Source: Iphione sp. A-MEVVRFRX5 (taxonomy: Eukaryota). Taken from it: a stretch of DNA of 64,000 nucleotides. Location of the stretch: the NCBI GenBank assembly GCA_976226885.1, contig OZ320313.1:23250001-23314000 (forward strand), in the 5' to 3' direction. The notes beneath the pieces are model-generated. The model had not been told where the DNA came from. It worked only from the letters and a program-made list of their open reading frames with translations, and searched no databases. Numbering within the stretch: position 1 is the stretch's first letter; the number at the start of each line of letters is the position of its first letter. This document shows, piece by piece, positions 1-10,581 of the stretch. Made by a program: the position numbers and the translations under genes.

Positions 1-217
1 CAGGCCGGCGGCCAGAGGACTTGATTATTGACCCTCAACAGTGGACGTCGCCTGCTTGTCGCATGCCCTTCGCCTACTATCGCCGCGCCGAGTGACATTT
101 ATTTACTTCTCAGGTGAGGAGAGGGAGTGTGTGTTGGGGGGACCCCAACACGTCCTGACACCGACGGTAGTGGCCTTTTGTATTGTGTATGTTGGCCGGT
201 GAGCGGAGCCAAGTCAA

Positions 218-275
218 GGGCGGGGCGGTTTGATTTTTAAAGGTATATAAGGCCTCCAGGACTCAGTAGGCAGTG
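218..275 (+). promoter_or_regulatory. Candidate core promoter of the FAM43-like gene (GC box, TATA, Inr-like)
   Basis: GGGCGGGGCGG at 218-228, TATATAA at 244-250, and TCAGT/GCAGT Inr-like motifs at 263-267 and 270-274 (A272 is 28 nt from the TATA). A CpG-rich leader follows. Confidence 0.55.
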
Positions 276-1261
276 TCGTCACCATTGTCTTCGTCGTCTT
301 CGTCGTCGCTTGCTGGACGCGGACCATTCATCAGACGAGCCGGGAAGAGAGCGTCCGCCGTCGACTCGCCATTGTGCACACGGCGGGACTTTTCGGCGGT
401 CGGGTCAGGAGGGACTACTACAGAGACGAAGCGGCGGCGGCGGCGGCGACGGCGGCGGTGAGGCGCAGCTGGCGCCGCAAATAGACCACCTGGGCCCCGC
501 TGTCTCTCCTGGTGGTGGAACGCGTGCGGGAACTCATACACACACGCCCCGCCTCCCTCCCCCCTGCACCCAACATCTCCTACCCAACCTCCTTACAAAT
601 TCTGTCATCGGGTACGTCGGCGTACCCTGCATGTCTCGTGCTAGCGCATCAAGTTCATCCGCAAGCTACACCAGACGCAGCTTTAGACAAGCCTACATCG
701 ACATACCATTTCTGCACCCCTGTCCCCGATCATAATCATACGTATCGCGCCAGGCCTTACGCGTACTACTCTCGCCGCTCCGTTAGCCAATTGGACCGAA
801 AGGTGTAGTCTCGCCCAGGACAGCTGATTTTTATGATGTCATAGGAGTTCCCCACATATGCGTCACCACCCGCTGCATTGTCAATGACTTACCGGATGTC
901 AGCACGTCAGTTCCTCATACGCGTCTATCAACCATAAATACCACATACAGAAAACAACGTCGACCCTGTCCAGTTCCCTTCGACCTCAAGGAGGATATAA
1001 CGTGTTTCCTGGATAATTATACAGAATCGCGGAACATCGGGAGCATTATTTATGATCTTCCCGAACGCATAAAGCAATGCTATGTCCGAGGACAGCTGTT
1101 CGCGTGTCGAGTGTTTAATGAATGTGACTGGGCCGTCTGTGTGGTAACGGGATACGTACACAATATTTATTTTTACACATAGAAGGGACGAAAGAGCGCA
1201 CTACCGCTCTCTTGTAAGAGGATTATCAAGTCGTTTGGGGTTGGTAGTCCAAAGCGTCAAC

Positions 1262-2887
1262 ATGAGTCTCTTTAAGAGCCGTAAGAAGTTCACCGTGTCC
1301 GAGCGTGACCCGACGTACAAAGTCAAGTATTTGGGCAACGTACAGACGTCCATGATGCGCGGCGACGGCTGCGTGGACAAGCCAACAGGCATCCTGTGGA
1401 ACAATTACATGAAGACGGCGAGCGGCGGGCTCGACATGAAGCTGACTGTCTGTGCGTCGGGGCTGAAGGCGATCACGCGTGAGCAGGGACTCACCGAGTA
1501 CCGGGCCCATCGAATCTCCTACTGCATCGCCCATCCCAAGTACCCGCGCCTCTTCGTCTGGGTTTACCGCCACGAGGGCAAGCGTCTGAAGGTCGAACTG
1601 CGCTGCCACGCGGTTCTCTGCAAGACGGAGGAGAAAGCAAAAGCCATGGCTGTTCAGCTGCACGACAAGCTCGCTTTTGCTCTGTCGGAATTCATGCGGG
1701 ACAAGTGCCGGCGCCAGAATACGCGCTTGACTCTGCAGCGGACCAACTCGCTCCCTTTGAGCAGCTCGGTCGGGACGAGCGGGCTCAACGCGCGCAACAA
1801 GTTCCTGAGCACTGCGGCGAACTTCAAGCCGCCTGTCGACCGCAGCGCCAGCGCGCCCAAATTGGGCTGCATCGCCGAGGACTTCGAGCCGGAGGAGGTG
1901 GTCGAAGAGGAGGAGGAGGAAGTAGAGGATCAGGATGATTACGCGGAGCTTGACGACGACTATATGCTCGTTATGACATCATCAGCACGACGTCGTAAGA
2001 GGGGAAGCAACGTAACGCCGCCGCCCGATCGGATCAGCGAGGAGGATTCAGAAGAGGAGGAAGGAAATAGAAACGGAGAAGAGGAGGACGAACAGGCGGA
2101 AGACAGCGCCATCGTCGACCTGGGCGACGATGTGTTCAACCTGGAGGTAGGAAACGACGTGGAGGCGCTCAAGATGGAGCGCGGCGTTCAATACCAGCTG
2201 GCGCACATCGAGTCGGACGAGGCGGACGACGACGAGGAGGAGGACGACGGCGACGACAGCTCGGAGAGCGGTTTCTCCGAGCAAGACACGCGGGAGAGCA
2301 GCTCCAATGGCAGCGGCGGGAGTGCCTTTGGTAGTGACCCCCACTTGGCGGCGTCCGGGAGCAGTTTAGGTGGAGGACATCAACCGTTACGGACGGCGGG
2401 TCAGAAAGTATCTCCGCCCACCCTTCATCGCCCTGTGAACGATGCACAGCCGCCGCGGCACCATCCAGTAGAACGGTCGGCTTCAATAGCGACGTCTACC
2501 GTCAGAACGGCCGCCGTGAAAACGAAAGGCGAGGATGATGTGCTGAATTCCAGCAGCCAGACATCCTGTCAGTGTGCCACCACCACCACCACCACCACCA
2601 CCACCAGTACCACCACTACAAAGAGTACCACCCGTACTACTACTCCCACCACCATCACCCCCACCAAAATTGACAGTGTCGCCGCCGCCGCCGCCCCCGA
2701 TGACATGCGAGTGACTTACAGTCCGGACATCTCTCTTCCGCCAGCTGGTGCACTGACCAGCGCCGGCGACGGTGGGAGGTCGGGTGGTCAGAGTGGTCTC
2801 CCACCACCCAAGGCCCACCGCGTCAGTTCGACGGCTGCTACGGCGGCCGACTACAAACCAGTGATAGTCAATCAAAGACGACTGTGA
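1262..2887 (+). CDS. FAM43A: FAM43A/B-like PTB/PID-domain protein, 541 aa, single coding exon, with acidic and Thr-rich C-terminal low-complexity regions
   Basis: Long GC3-rich ORF with first ATG at 1262 in good context (gtcaacATG). The N-terminus FKSRKK..SERDPTYKVKYLGN..RGDGC..MKLTV..YCIAH..RLFVWVYRHE..LRCHAVLC..EKAKAMA matches the FAM43 PID domain as I recall it. A/B paralogue assignment is not resolvable. Confidence 0.85.
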   Translation: MSLFKSRKKFTVSERDPTYKVKYLGNVQTSMMRGDGCVDKPTGILWNNYMKTASGGLDMKLTVCASGLKAITREQGLTEYRAHRISYCIAHPKYPRLFVWVYRHEGKRLKVELRCHAVLCKTEEKAKAMAVQLHDKLAFALSEFMRDKCRRQNTRLTLQRTNSLPLSSSVGTSGLNARNKFLSTAANFKPPVDRSASAPKLGCIAEDFEPEEVVEEEEEEVEDQDDYAELDDDYMLVMTSSARRRKRGSNVTPPPDRISEEDSEEEEGNRNGEEEDEQAEDSAIVDLGDDVFNLEVGNDVEALKMERGVQYQLAHIESDEADDDEEEDDGDDSSESGFSEQDTRESSSNGSGGSAFGSDPHLAASGSSLGGGHQPLRTAGQKVSPPTLHRPVNDAQPPRHHPVERSASIATSTVRTAAVKTKGEDDVLNSSSQTSCQCATTTTTTTTTSTTTTKSTTRTTTPTTITPTKIDSVAAAAAPDDMRVTYSPDISLPPAGALTSAGDGGRSGGQSGLPPPKAHRVSSTAATAADYKPVIVNQRRL

Positions 2888-4090
2888 ACGTCTCCCCTCT
2901 CATCACCCTGCTAATATTTACTGCCTTAATTCCATGTGCGATCATGAATAACTATGTACATGTATACATGTATTTATATTATATAGATATGCACATGTAT
3001 TAGACTTTGGAGATGGAGCTACTCTGTACATGTGTACCACGAAAAAAAAGTAGCCAAAACTTAGCCAGACTTTTGTAAAGCTTTAAACTCAACAAATATG
3101 TTCATCTCTCGTCTGTAAAAGGCGGTTTTGTGCACGGTCCGGTGCATGTGCTATATTTTTGGCGGTCCGGGTAAAAAAAGGAGCTTTGTTAGTGTCAAAG
3201 TGACACAGTCTGTGTATGATAAAGGGATGTAGGCTAGCGTCGGTTGTGCGTGAGTAAATAATAAGGTGCATGCACGATCGGTCACGGCAAGTACAGTGGG
3301 TTGGTTGACCAACTATGTCTACCTAAGGACTTCCACATACAAGCGATTAGGAAGTGATGACATTCTTCGTGAATCCGCAGCGTAGAATATAACGTGACGG
3401 TCATACTTACAAGCTGTCTTGTAGCAAGCACACTACAGATATACCCGCACACCTGTACAATTATGTATAAAAGAACACATGTATATGTCATCAAAAGTTA
3501 TATATATAAGCATGTACATGTACAATGTATGCATCTTTTATATACATGCTATCTTATACATCATTCCACCCTTGTATATGTTATGTATACATACCCGATC
3601 GTGATACCTCCACATACTCTATTGGGGTGACACCAATGCTAACTCACGCACATCGTAACATGCCCCGATATTTTGGTGTCGTGTCAACATGAGCGCATCA
3701 GGTTTTAAATACATTTACTACTACTGGTCTGCATGAAAAGGCAGGTAAGCCTCTCCAACTCTGACGGTGCTACTTCATTGGACGGGCGTATATGTATCTA
3801 TACTCACTGTTTAACAGCAGTTTATTTTCGCTTCTTAGGGAAAGGTATAAGGAAAGTGTATGCACTGCACGAAAGGGGGTCATATGAAGAATAATTTGCC
3901 AGCGGTCCTTTAGATAACATCAATAGATAAGGACAAGTAAGCGAGAGCTGATCGCTGAGGTGGGGTATTGAAGGAAGGAAGCAGCTAGGTGAGATAGGAG
4001 GATGAGCCAAACGAGCAAGAGAAAGAATGACAGAAGTGCACATGACTGTACAGAGGGACAGACGTACATGTATTTGGCTGGATATATGAC

Positions 4091-4170
4091 ATGACTAACT
4101 CACACCATGGCCAACTCATGCCATGACAGTCTCATGCCCTGGCCAACTCGCACGATGACCAACTCGCACC
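4091..4170. repeat. Degenerate 16-bp tandem array (5 copies), probably a subterminal array of an old MITE
   Basis: atgactaactcacacc / atggccaactcatgcc / atgacagtctcatgcc / ctggccaactcgcacg / atgaccaactcgcacc. Inverted remnants (gtgagttggtg) occur near 4420-4455. Confidence 0.6.
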
Positions 4171-4333
4171 TTTCCACTGTTAAAACCACCTTTCTACCGT
4201 TTAAACCATCATAACTCCTGAAAGTCCACATGGATGACATTGAATTTGTAACTTGGTATATTTAAGCCATTGCAACTATGAGATTCTCCATAGGTGTGTT
4301 TTGAATTTTGTACATACATTTATATATGTTGGT

Positions 4334-4339
4334 AATAAA
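4334..4339 (+). other. Candidate polyadenylation signal for the FAM43-like mRNA
   Basis: AATAAA about 1.45 kb after the stop codon, in AT-rich context. Confidence 0.3.
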
Positions 4340-5010
4340 TCTGAACATGTCATTGTAAAACAATTGTAAATTTGTAAAGCAAAAAGGATACGCTAGAGTC
4401 ATGTAAGGTGGAGTGCAACAAGTTGGTGAGACGGGAAACTGTGAGTTGGTGAGAGCATTGATTGACGAGGATTGACAGGTAGCAACTTTAAGGCGTGATT
4501 TAGTTAAGATGCAAAGTGTCCTGTTCCCTGCAATGTTGGATCCGAGAAGATTCGTACCACCGTTACTAGTTCAGTTTCCCGTCTAAATATACATGTACTT
4601 TATCTTGAAACGTTCTAAACTTGTACGATCAGCTTTACCTATAGCAGAGAGACTGGTTGATATTGTGATGCAACAAATACGTTACTGGAAAACGCAGCAT
4701 GGTGATAGTTTGAATCAAGACGAAGCTGGATTCTGACATGTACTTACTTTGATGTGCCCTTAGCTTCTTGAATACATATATTTACTTGATTTCTCTTAAA
4801 CCATAAATAATTGTAATTCCTCCTTTAATTATCAAGTCATTCCATAAAGCAAAACTGCAGATTAGATTTTGTACCCATGACGATGGCACAAAGTAGCAAT
4901 GGTGTGAGTTGGTAGTTGTACTAGATATCCATGATTCGACTTGGTAATGGTGCAATTTGTCTTCTGCAGTGACGAGTTGGCAGAGAGCTAGAGAAATAGA
5001 GATACTCAGA

Positions 5011-5024
5011 GACAGAGAGAGACA

Positions 5025-5075
<51 letters not shown>
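5011..5075. repeat. (GA)n microsatellite
   Basis: Direct reading. Similar tracts at about 9994-10020, 18888-18922 (CT), 24826-24857 and 28464-28505. Confidence 0.95.
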
Positions 5076-5076
<1 letters not shown>

Positions 5077-7899
5077 ATTATAGCTGTTGTTGCTTTTCCT
5101 TTCTCGTGCTAATCCCTAATCCACAGATTAATGCCACGTTGATCGGGTGTGGGATTAAGGCCACTCCTGGGCGTGGACAGGTACCTCCGGCCGAGCAGTA
5201 AGATACTTGGGAGGTGCAGAGCATGCGGTGAATTTTCAGGCCCTGTATGCTTTGGTTGGCAGATGGCCTGTGAATGCCTATACATGTTCACGTATTTGTA
5301 TTGAAAAGTAGGAGCCTAGCTACTGTTTGCCCACTCACCCACCTCCCCAGTTAATGGTAACATACCCAATAACCCCGATTCTTCCGTTGTGATCAACGCA
5401 GAGAAGGCTTGGTGTCCGGCAAAAAAACACTACAGCTCTGTACCTGTAGGTTTTAACACCGTGTTAATTTTCATCAGTGCAATTGAGAAGGTGTGACAAA
5501 GATTAATTGGCACGTTACTAAAAATAAGATTGTTTTATTCGTACATGTGTCACACGTGATTTTTTCTGTTGTAGACTACTCTTAGGTGCAAACGAATTTT
5601 AGATAAACATGTACATATACATATGTACTGTGTCTGGGAAGTTTATTTTACAATTTTTTTTTCATAAAACCTTTATCCCCACCATTGTTTGTGAGCGTCA
5701 TATTGACAGTTTAAGTTGGACTTTTATTCATCTGGTCAGTGCCAATATCAAGTTTATTGTGCCCGTGACCATTTTGGTAGTAGAAACTCTGTTACGTATT
5801 AAAGGAGATAAATATATCAACTTTGACCGGTGCTTAAAGCAGGTAATCTAGAAAACTTTGGAGCCGTTCTATGGCTTTCTTATCGGTAGGACTTTTTTTT
5901 ATGTGTTTAGATGCTAGACGGTGAGTACACACAGTCCAAAGAGAGTACGGTAGTTAGGCTCAGTTCGTCAGGAAATGTGTGTAGAGGTATGCACCCTCGT
6001 CAGAGCCTTCTTCAAACATACCCAACAAGACAGTGTTAAAGTTTTTTGTTATTTATAAATGAGAACCTGCATCGTGGCATCGAGATGAAACACCAACAGT
6101 GAAACGGGTCCACTTTTTCGTTTTCCTTAACAGTCGCATACCTCGTCTTTCCTCTTAGGTTTCATGTTGAGTAGATCATGATGTAAGTGTTTTTTTCTTC
6201 ATGTACAAATATTAAACTTTTTTCTACAACTACTACACTAACGTGTGCATTCTTCATAGATATATCAAAGGGTTGAGGCCCTTCTATGTGTCAGTTTACC
6301 TGTTATTAACTACATGTAACTGGAAACTAACTTAAGACTTTTGTATATGTTTCTTTGGTTATGTATTTCAGCTGAGCTTGTGTACATGCACAAAATGTGA
6401 CCAGGTACAATTTCTATATTGATTTATGAATTCGATAGTTTCTTTGTGAGGATTTTATGCCTCTATGCTACAAAGAAGTGTACATATGTAATTGTTAAAC
6501 CATCTTGAAATTAAAATGTACGAGTATTGTGTATTTTTCGTAATGTTCAACCACCTATTCGTAAAATTTATATTATGTGAACGATGCGAAATTGTTTCCT
6601 ACCTGCCGATAGCAGATTCAGTCATGGATGTCATTAAAGTCATTTGTTTATTGGAAGAATCTGGCTTGATTACATATTTTGTAAACATTTGTTTAATGAT
6701 ATATAGCACTACGAGCACTTTAATGGGCAAAGTTTATACAAAATGAAAGTCTTCGTCTAGTCGGAATCTATAAACTATATTTTTCAGGCCACCACCGGCC
6801 CGCTGCTGTTCTTTTTATACGTTTCGAAATATGTATGTGTGTAGGGCTGTGGTATTCGGTGTGTGCATCAAGTGTCAAGCATCACTACCCATCCGTCAAC
6901 ACCGAGGTACATTCTATGTGTGCATCCAGTGTCAAGCTTCCGTGCATCAGGCTGTCAGATCAACGAAGAGAGACCGAATGCCTCAGGCACAGAGCCCAAA
7001 GCCTCAGACACAATCCAAAAGTGTTTTGATAGCAGTGTGCTGACACATTCACCCTTGACATTCAACGCTCACATATAAAACGTTACGTAAGATGATATAT
7101 GCGACATTGTGATACAAGAAAAACCACTGATCTAAATATCTATCTATATATATAAGTTTTTATATATGTCTTTTTATTATGTCTGAAGGAACAGGTGCAT
7201 GCAGTACACATCCACTTTTTAAAGGAAAACGTCATTTCTGCCCACAGTAAAGTAGAATGTCACCGTGACTCTTGTCAAGAATATACACAAATAACTTCTC
7301 CTCTCAGTCATTGCGGTTTTATTTGAAAGCGGCCAGCACACATCTCATTTCTTGCCAGTTTCGTCAACAGACCGTAACATGGAGTAGTGCGTATAGAGAC
7401 GATGACAAGAGTAGAAATAGGTCACATCACACACATGCCTCCCCTAATTGTACGATATATGCCTGTGCAGTGTATAAGACGTACATAAAGACAATCACGT
7501 GAAGATGTGGGTCAATGTCTTCAACAGGTCATGGTCTTTCCTCATTCTATATTTCCGGTCCGATCTTTCATACCATCAAAGGTAGTGGTTTCCCACTTGC
7601 TAGTGCACCCGCTCAAACACACACACACACAGAAAACAATTGAATCCCACCTGGAAGACAGTAACCGGAACTTAATGTAATTAAGGATGTTGTCTTGCTT
7701 CATACTGCACTTGTCCAAGATGATATTCATACAGAATTAACAATTGAATGTTATTCCAGCCTTGTGTTGGGATACAGTGAGCTTACTGACCTCTAGTGGG
7801 GGTATGGTAAACAAGTGTGTACCAACACTGTTGGTATGCAAAAGAAAATAGTTCCACATACCAAAAATATGTCATTTATTTAAATGTCAAGGGTAGAAT

Positions 7900-8052
7900 A
7901 AAGACAAAACCAGTACAGTGAGCTATGGGTGATACCAAATACTCATTCAGGTAGCATTATCATACCAAACTCAGCCTTCCAGCCTCGTTTGGTATTCATG
8001 CTACCTAAACTTATATTTGGCATCATCCAAGCACACTGTACCAGTTTTGTCT
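7900..8052. repeat. Imperfect inverted repeat (about 70-bp arms, 16-nt loop)
   Basis: Left arm aagacaaaaccagtacagtg..gataccaaata..ggtagcat..ataccaaac pairs with right arm gtttggtat..atgctacc..tatttggcatc..cactgtaccagttttgtct. Confidence 0.7.
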
Positions 8053-8180
8053 AAATACTGATACATTGTATACTCCTAGTAAATATATAAGTATACTTTG
8101 ACTTCTCCCATTGAAAGGACTAGTTAAAGAGTTGACATATGCCTATATTTGGATAAAATTTAGAGAGGGAATGACATTTC

Positions 8181-8770
8181 TGGCCGATTGTTAGAAATGC
8201 TATTCCACTCTTATTCCAGTGAATAGTTATGCCCTTCATCCCAGTAGTCTATTCCTTGTTGTCAAGAGATGATATTAGGGACCTGTGCTGGGTATAACTA
8301 TTCCTGCTTGGTTAGTAGGTTTATCCCACTCAAACATAGCCAACATACTGTAAACAAAATGGTGGATGGCTGCTCAACTCAGACTTTTAAACACAGAAAT
8401 ATAATGAAAAAAGTTCATTTTAAGTAATCCTATCAGTAGATTTACTTAAATTTAGCATAGACACACCTTCTGGATGTCTTTTTAAGACATTTTGATGCAT
8501 ACTTCCATTAAAATGAATTATTCCTGTGCAGAGCATCATGTTCACTCTAACAGAAAGTCAACAACTTTTAGACTGGTACCCTGTCCTCAAGTTCGTCTCT
8601 CTGAGGGCATGGGTACTGGTCTAACAAACTTCTGTTTACTTCCTGTTTGGAGGAGCATGGAATAACTGGACCAAGGTTATGCCTGCTAATAGGTATAACT
8701 ATTCCCTCCACATTCAGGTGAACAACTGTTCATGGGAATAACTTTTTGGTTTTTTTCTAACAATCGGCCA
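8181..8770. mobile_element. MITE-like element with 17-bp perfect TIR
   Basis: TGGCCGATTGTTAGAAA at 8181-8197 and its reverse complement at 8754-8770. Repeated internal ggtataactattcc motifs. No clear TSD. Confidence 0.55.
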
Positions 8771-9082
8771 ATTAATGTATATCAGTAGCATACATGTTCA
8801 TGGCCATGTTTCTATACATGCATACATTTTAGCTAACGTTGTTAAGTTAAAAAAACATTCATTATGTTTAAAGATCTGGACTGATGAAAGAACCTGTTGT
8901 TTGAAACATGCCACTTTTTACTTGTAGTTTGCTCTGCGCAGTAAAAGAGATTTTATGTTTGCCTGCAAGAGCTTTTGAAATTTTTTCAGTTTTGCAATTT
9001 TTCACTCCAAAGTGATTGTGTATGGGGGTCTGGGCTTGAAATCATATCCCTTTCTCCCTCTCTCTTTATTAACATATGAAAC

Positions 9083-9983
9083 GTCCAAAAAGTGCTGAAT
9101 TTGATGACTTTAGGTCCAAAAAGTGCTGAATTTGATGACTAAAAGTCCAAAAAGTGCTGAATTTGATGACTTTAAGTCCAAAAAGTGCTGAATTTGATGA
9201 CTAAAAGTGACTCAAAGAGGTGAGAGACCACTCTCGGGAGACCCTCTCCAGGGTGAGAGACCATCAAAGACGTCGCAGTGCATGCCTGCGACCACTCTCT
9301 GGCTACCCCTCCAAGGTGCGAGGAACATCACAGACATCCCCGTTGATGCCTCGACATCCCGCGACCACTCTCAGCCTCACCCCTCCAGGGTGAGAGACCA
9401 TCAAAGTCGTCGGTCGCAAAGTGATATTAAAATGTACTAAAAACGACCCTAGGAGGTGTGGTCGTATGGTGAATTTGGTCGGAAAGCAATATGGTCGCAA
9501 AGTGATATGTAATCATATGGTAAATGTACTAAAATTGCTTCCGTTCCGACCCAAAATGGTCGCAATAGTCGATTTGGTCGCAAAGTGAGGAGGTCGCAAA
9601 GGGAGTTTCTCCTGTATATGCGTCCGGATATCTCAGTGTATGTACACAGTGGGACGTCTGTTTGCAGACACATCTGGGATGCGGACACATCCCAAATGTG
9701 GACAATTTGAAAAAGAATCAAACTGAAAAGTCATTTTCCAAGGTCGACATGAACAAACATTTGGACTTTAACTGGTCAAATTCAGTACTTTTAGGACTTA
9801 AACTGGTCAAATTCAGTACTTTTAGGGCTTTTACCAGTCAAATTCAGTACTCTTAGGACTTTCACCAGTCAAAATCAGTACTTTTAGGACATTTACTGGT
9901 CAAATTAAGTACTTTTCGCACTTTAACTGGTCAAATTCAGTACTTTTAGGACTTGTACCAGTCAAATTCATTACTTTTAGGAC
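9083..9983. mobile_element. Foldback-like element bounded by inverted arrays of a 31-bp unit
   Basis: 4 x 31-bp gtccaaaaagtgctgaatttgatgact.... at 9083-9206 and 7 x 31-bp tttaactggtcaaattcagtacttttaggac at 9767-9983, which is the inverted relative. The interior has further repeats (ctccagggtgagagaccatcaaag x2, ggtcgcaaag x4). Confidence 0.65.
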
Positions 9984-10094
9984 ATACACCTTGGAGAGAG
10001 AGAGAGAGAGACAGAGAGATTCTGAACTGCAGATGATTGATGCAGAACCGAGCATGTCCCGAATCGGGACATTCGACTGTATGTGTGTGTATGT

Positions 10095-10345
10095 TAAAAC
10101 TATTGTGCCAATCACAAAGAATTACACCCAAATCTGTAAAAATAGTCGGTTTTTTAGCCGACCGTAAAGAATTATGTGCGATTCTGTTAAAGCGTTATGC
10201 TTTTGTGCCAGTCACAAGAAATTCTTACCAATTTTGTTAAAACGGCATTTAAAAAAAAAGCCAACCACAAAAAATTATGCCTGACTCTATTAAAACAATG
10301 TGTATTTCGTTCTGATCACAAAGAATTATGCCCAAATCTGCTGAA
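10095..10345. repeat. Degenerate tandem array, roughly 50-60-bp unit, about 5 copies
   Basis: Recurring ttaaaac...tgtgccaatcacaaagaattatgcccaa-like units. Confidence 0.55.
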
Positions 10346-10419
10346 ACAGTGTTTTTTGTGAAACTATAGTGTCCCCTCCTTCTGTGAACTGCTATTCATC
10401 CATGGGCATCCGTAATCCA

Positions 10420-10581
10420 GAAAAAAAATGACATTCCTCGTTTTTGGTCTCCGGACACAGAACCCAGAGCACAGAGCCCACACAGATGGAAATATGTTGA
10501 GAGTCACAGAATCGTCCATGCCCACACCACACAGTCCAGGCTGCAGGAGAAATTTTCATACACATGGAACGCGGGCTTTTA
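10420..10581 (+). mobile_element. Right-end fragment of the MITE family seen at 24692-25249
   Basis: tttttggtctccggac and ggagaaattttcatacacatggaacgcgggctttta align with ttttcggtctccggac and ggagaaaatccatacacaaggacaccaggcctta at 25090-25251. Confidence 0.6.

Noticed and set aside
1226-2875. Antisense and alternative-frame ORFs overlapping the FAM43-like CDS
   Set aside because: Shadow ORFs expected from GC3-rich codons, with no recognisable motifs.
6861-6937. CRISPR-like repeat-spacer-repeat (20 bp / 37 bp)
   Set aside because: Only two repeats, eukaryotic context, no cas genes.
9083-9983. 31-bp arrays as a CRISPR array
   Set aside because: Units are contiguous with no unique spacers.
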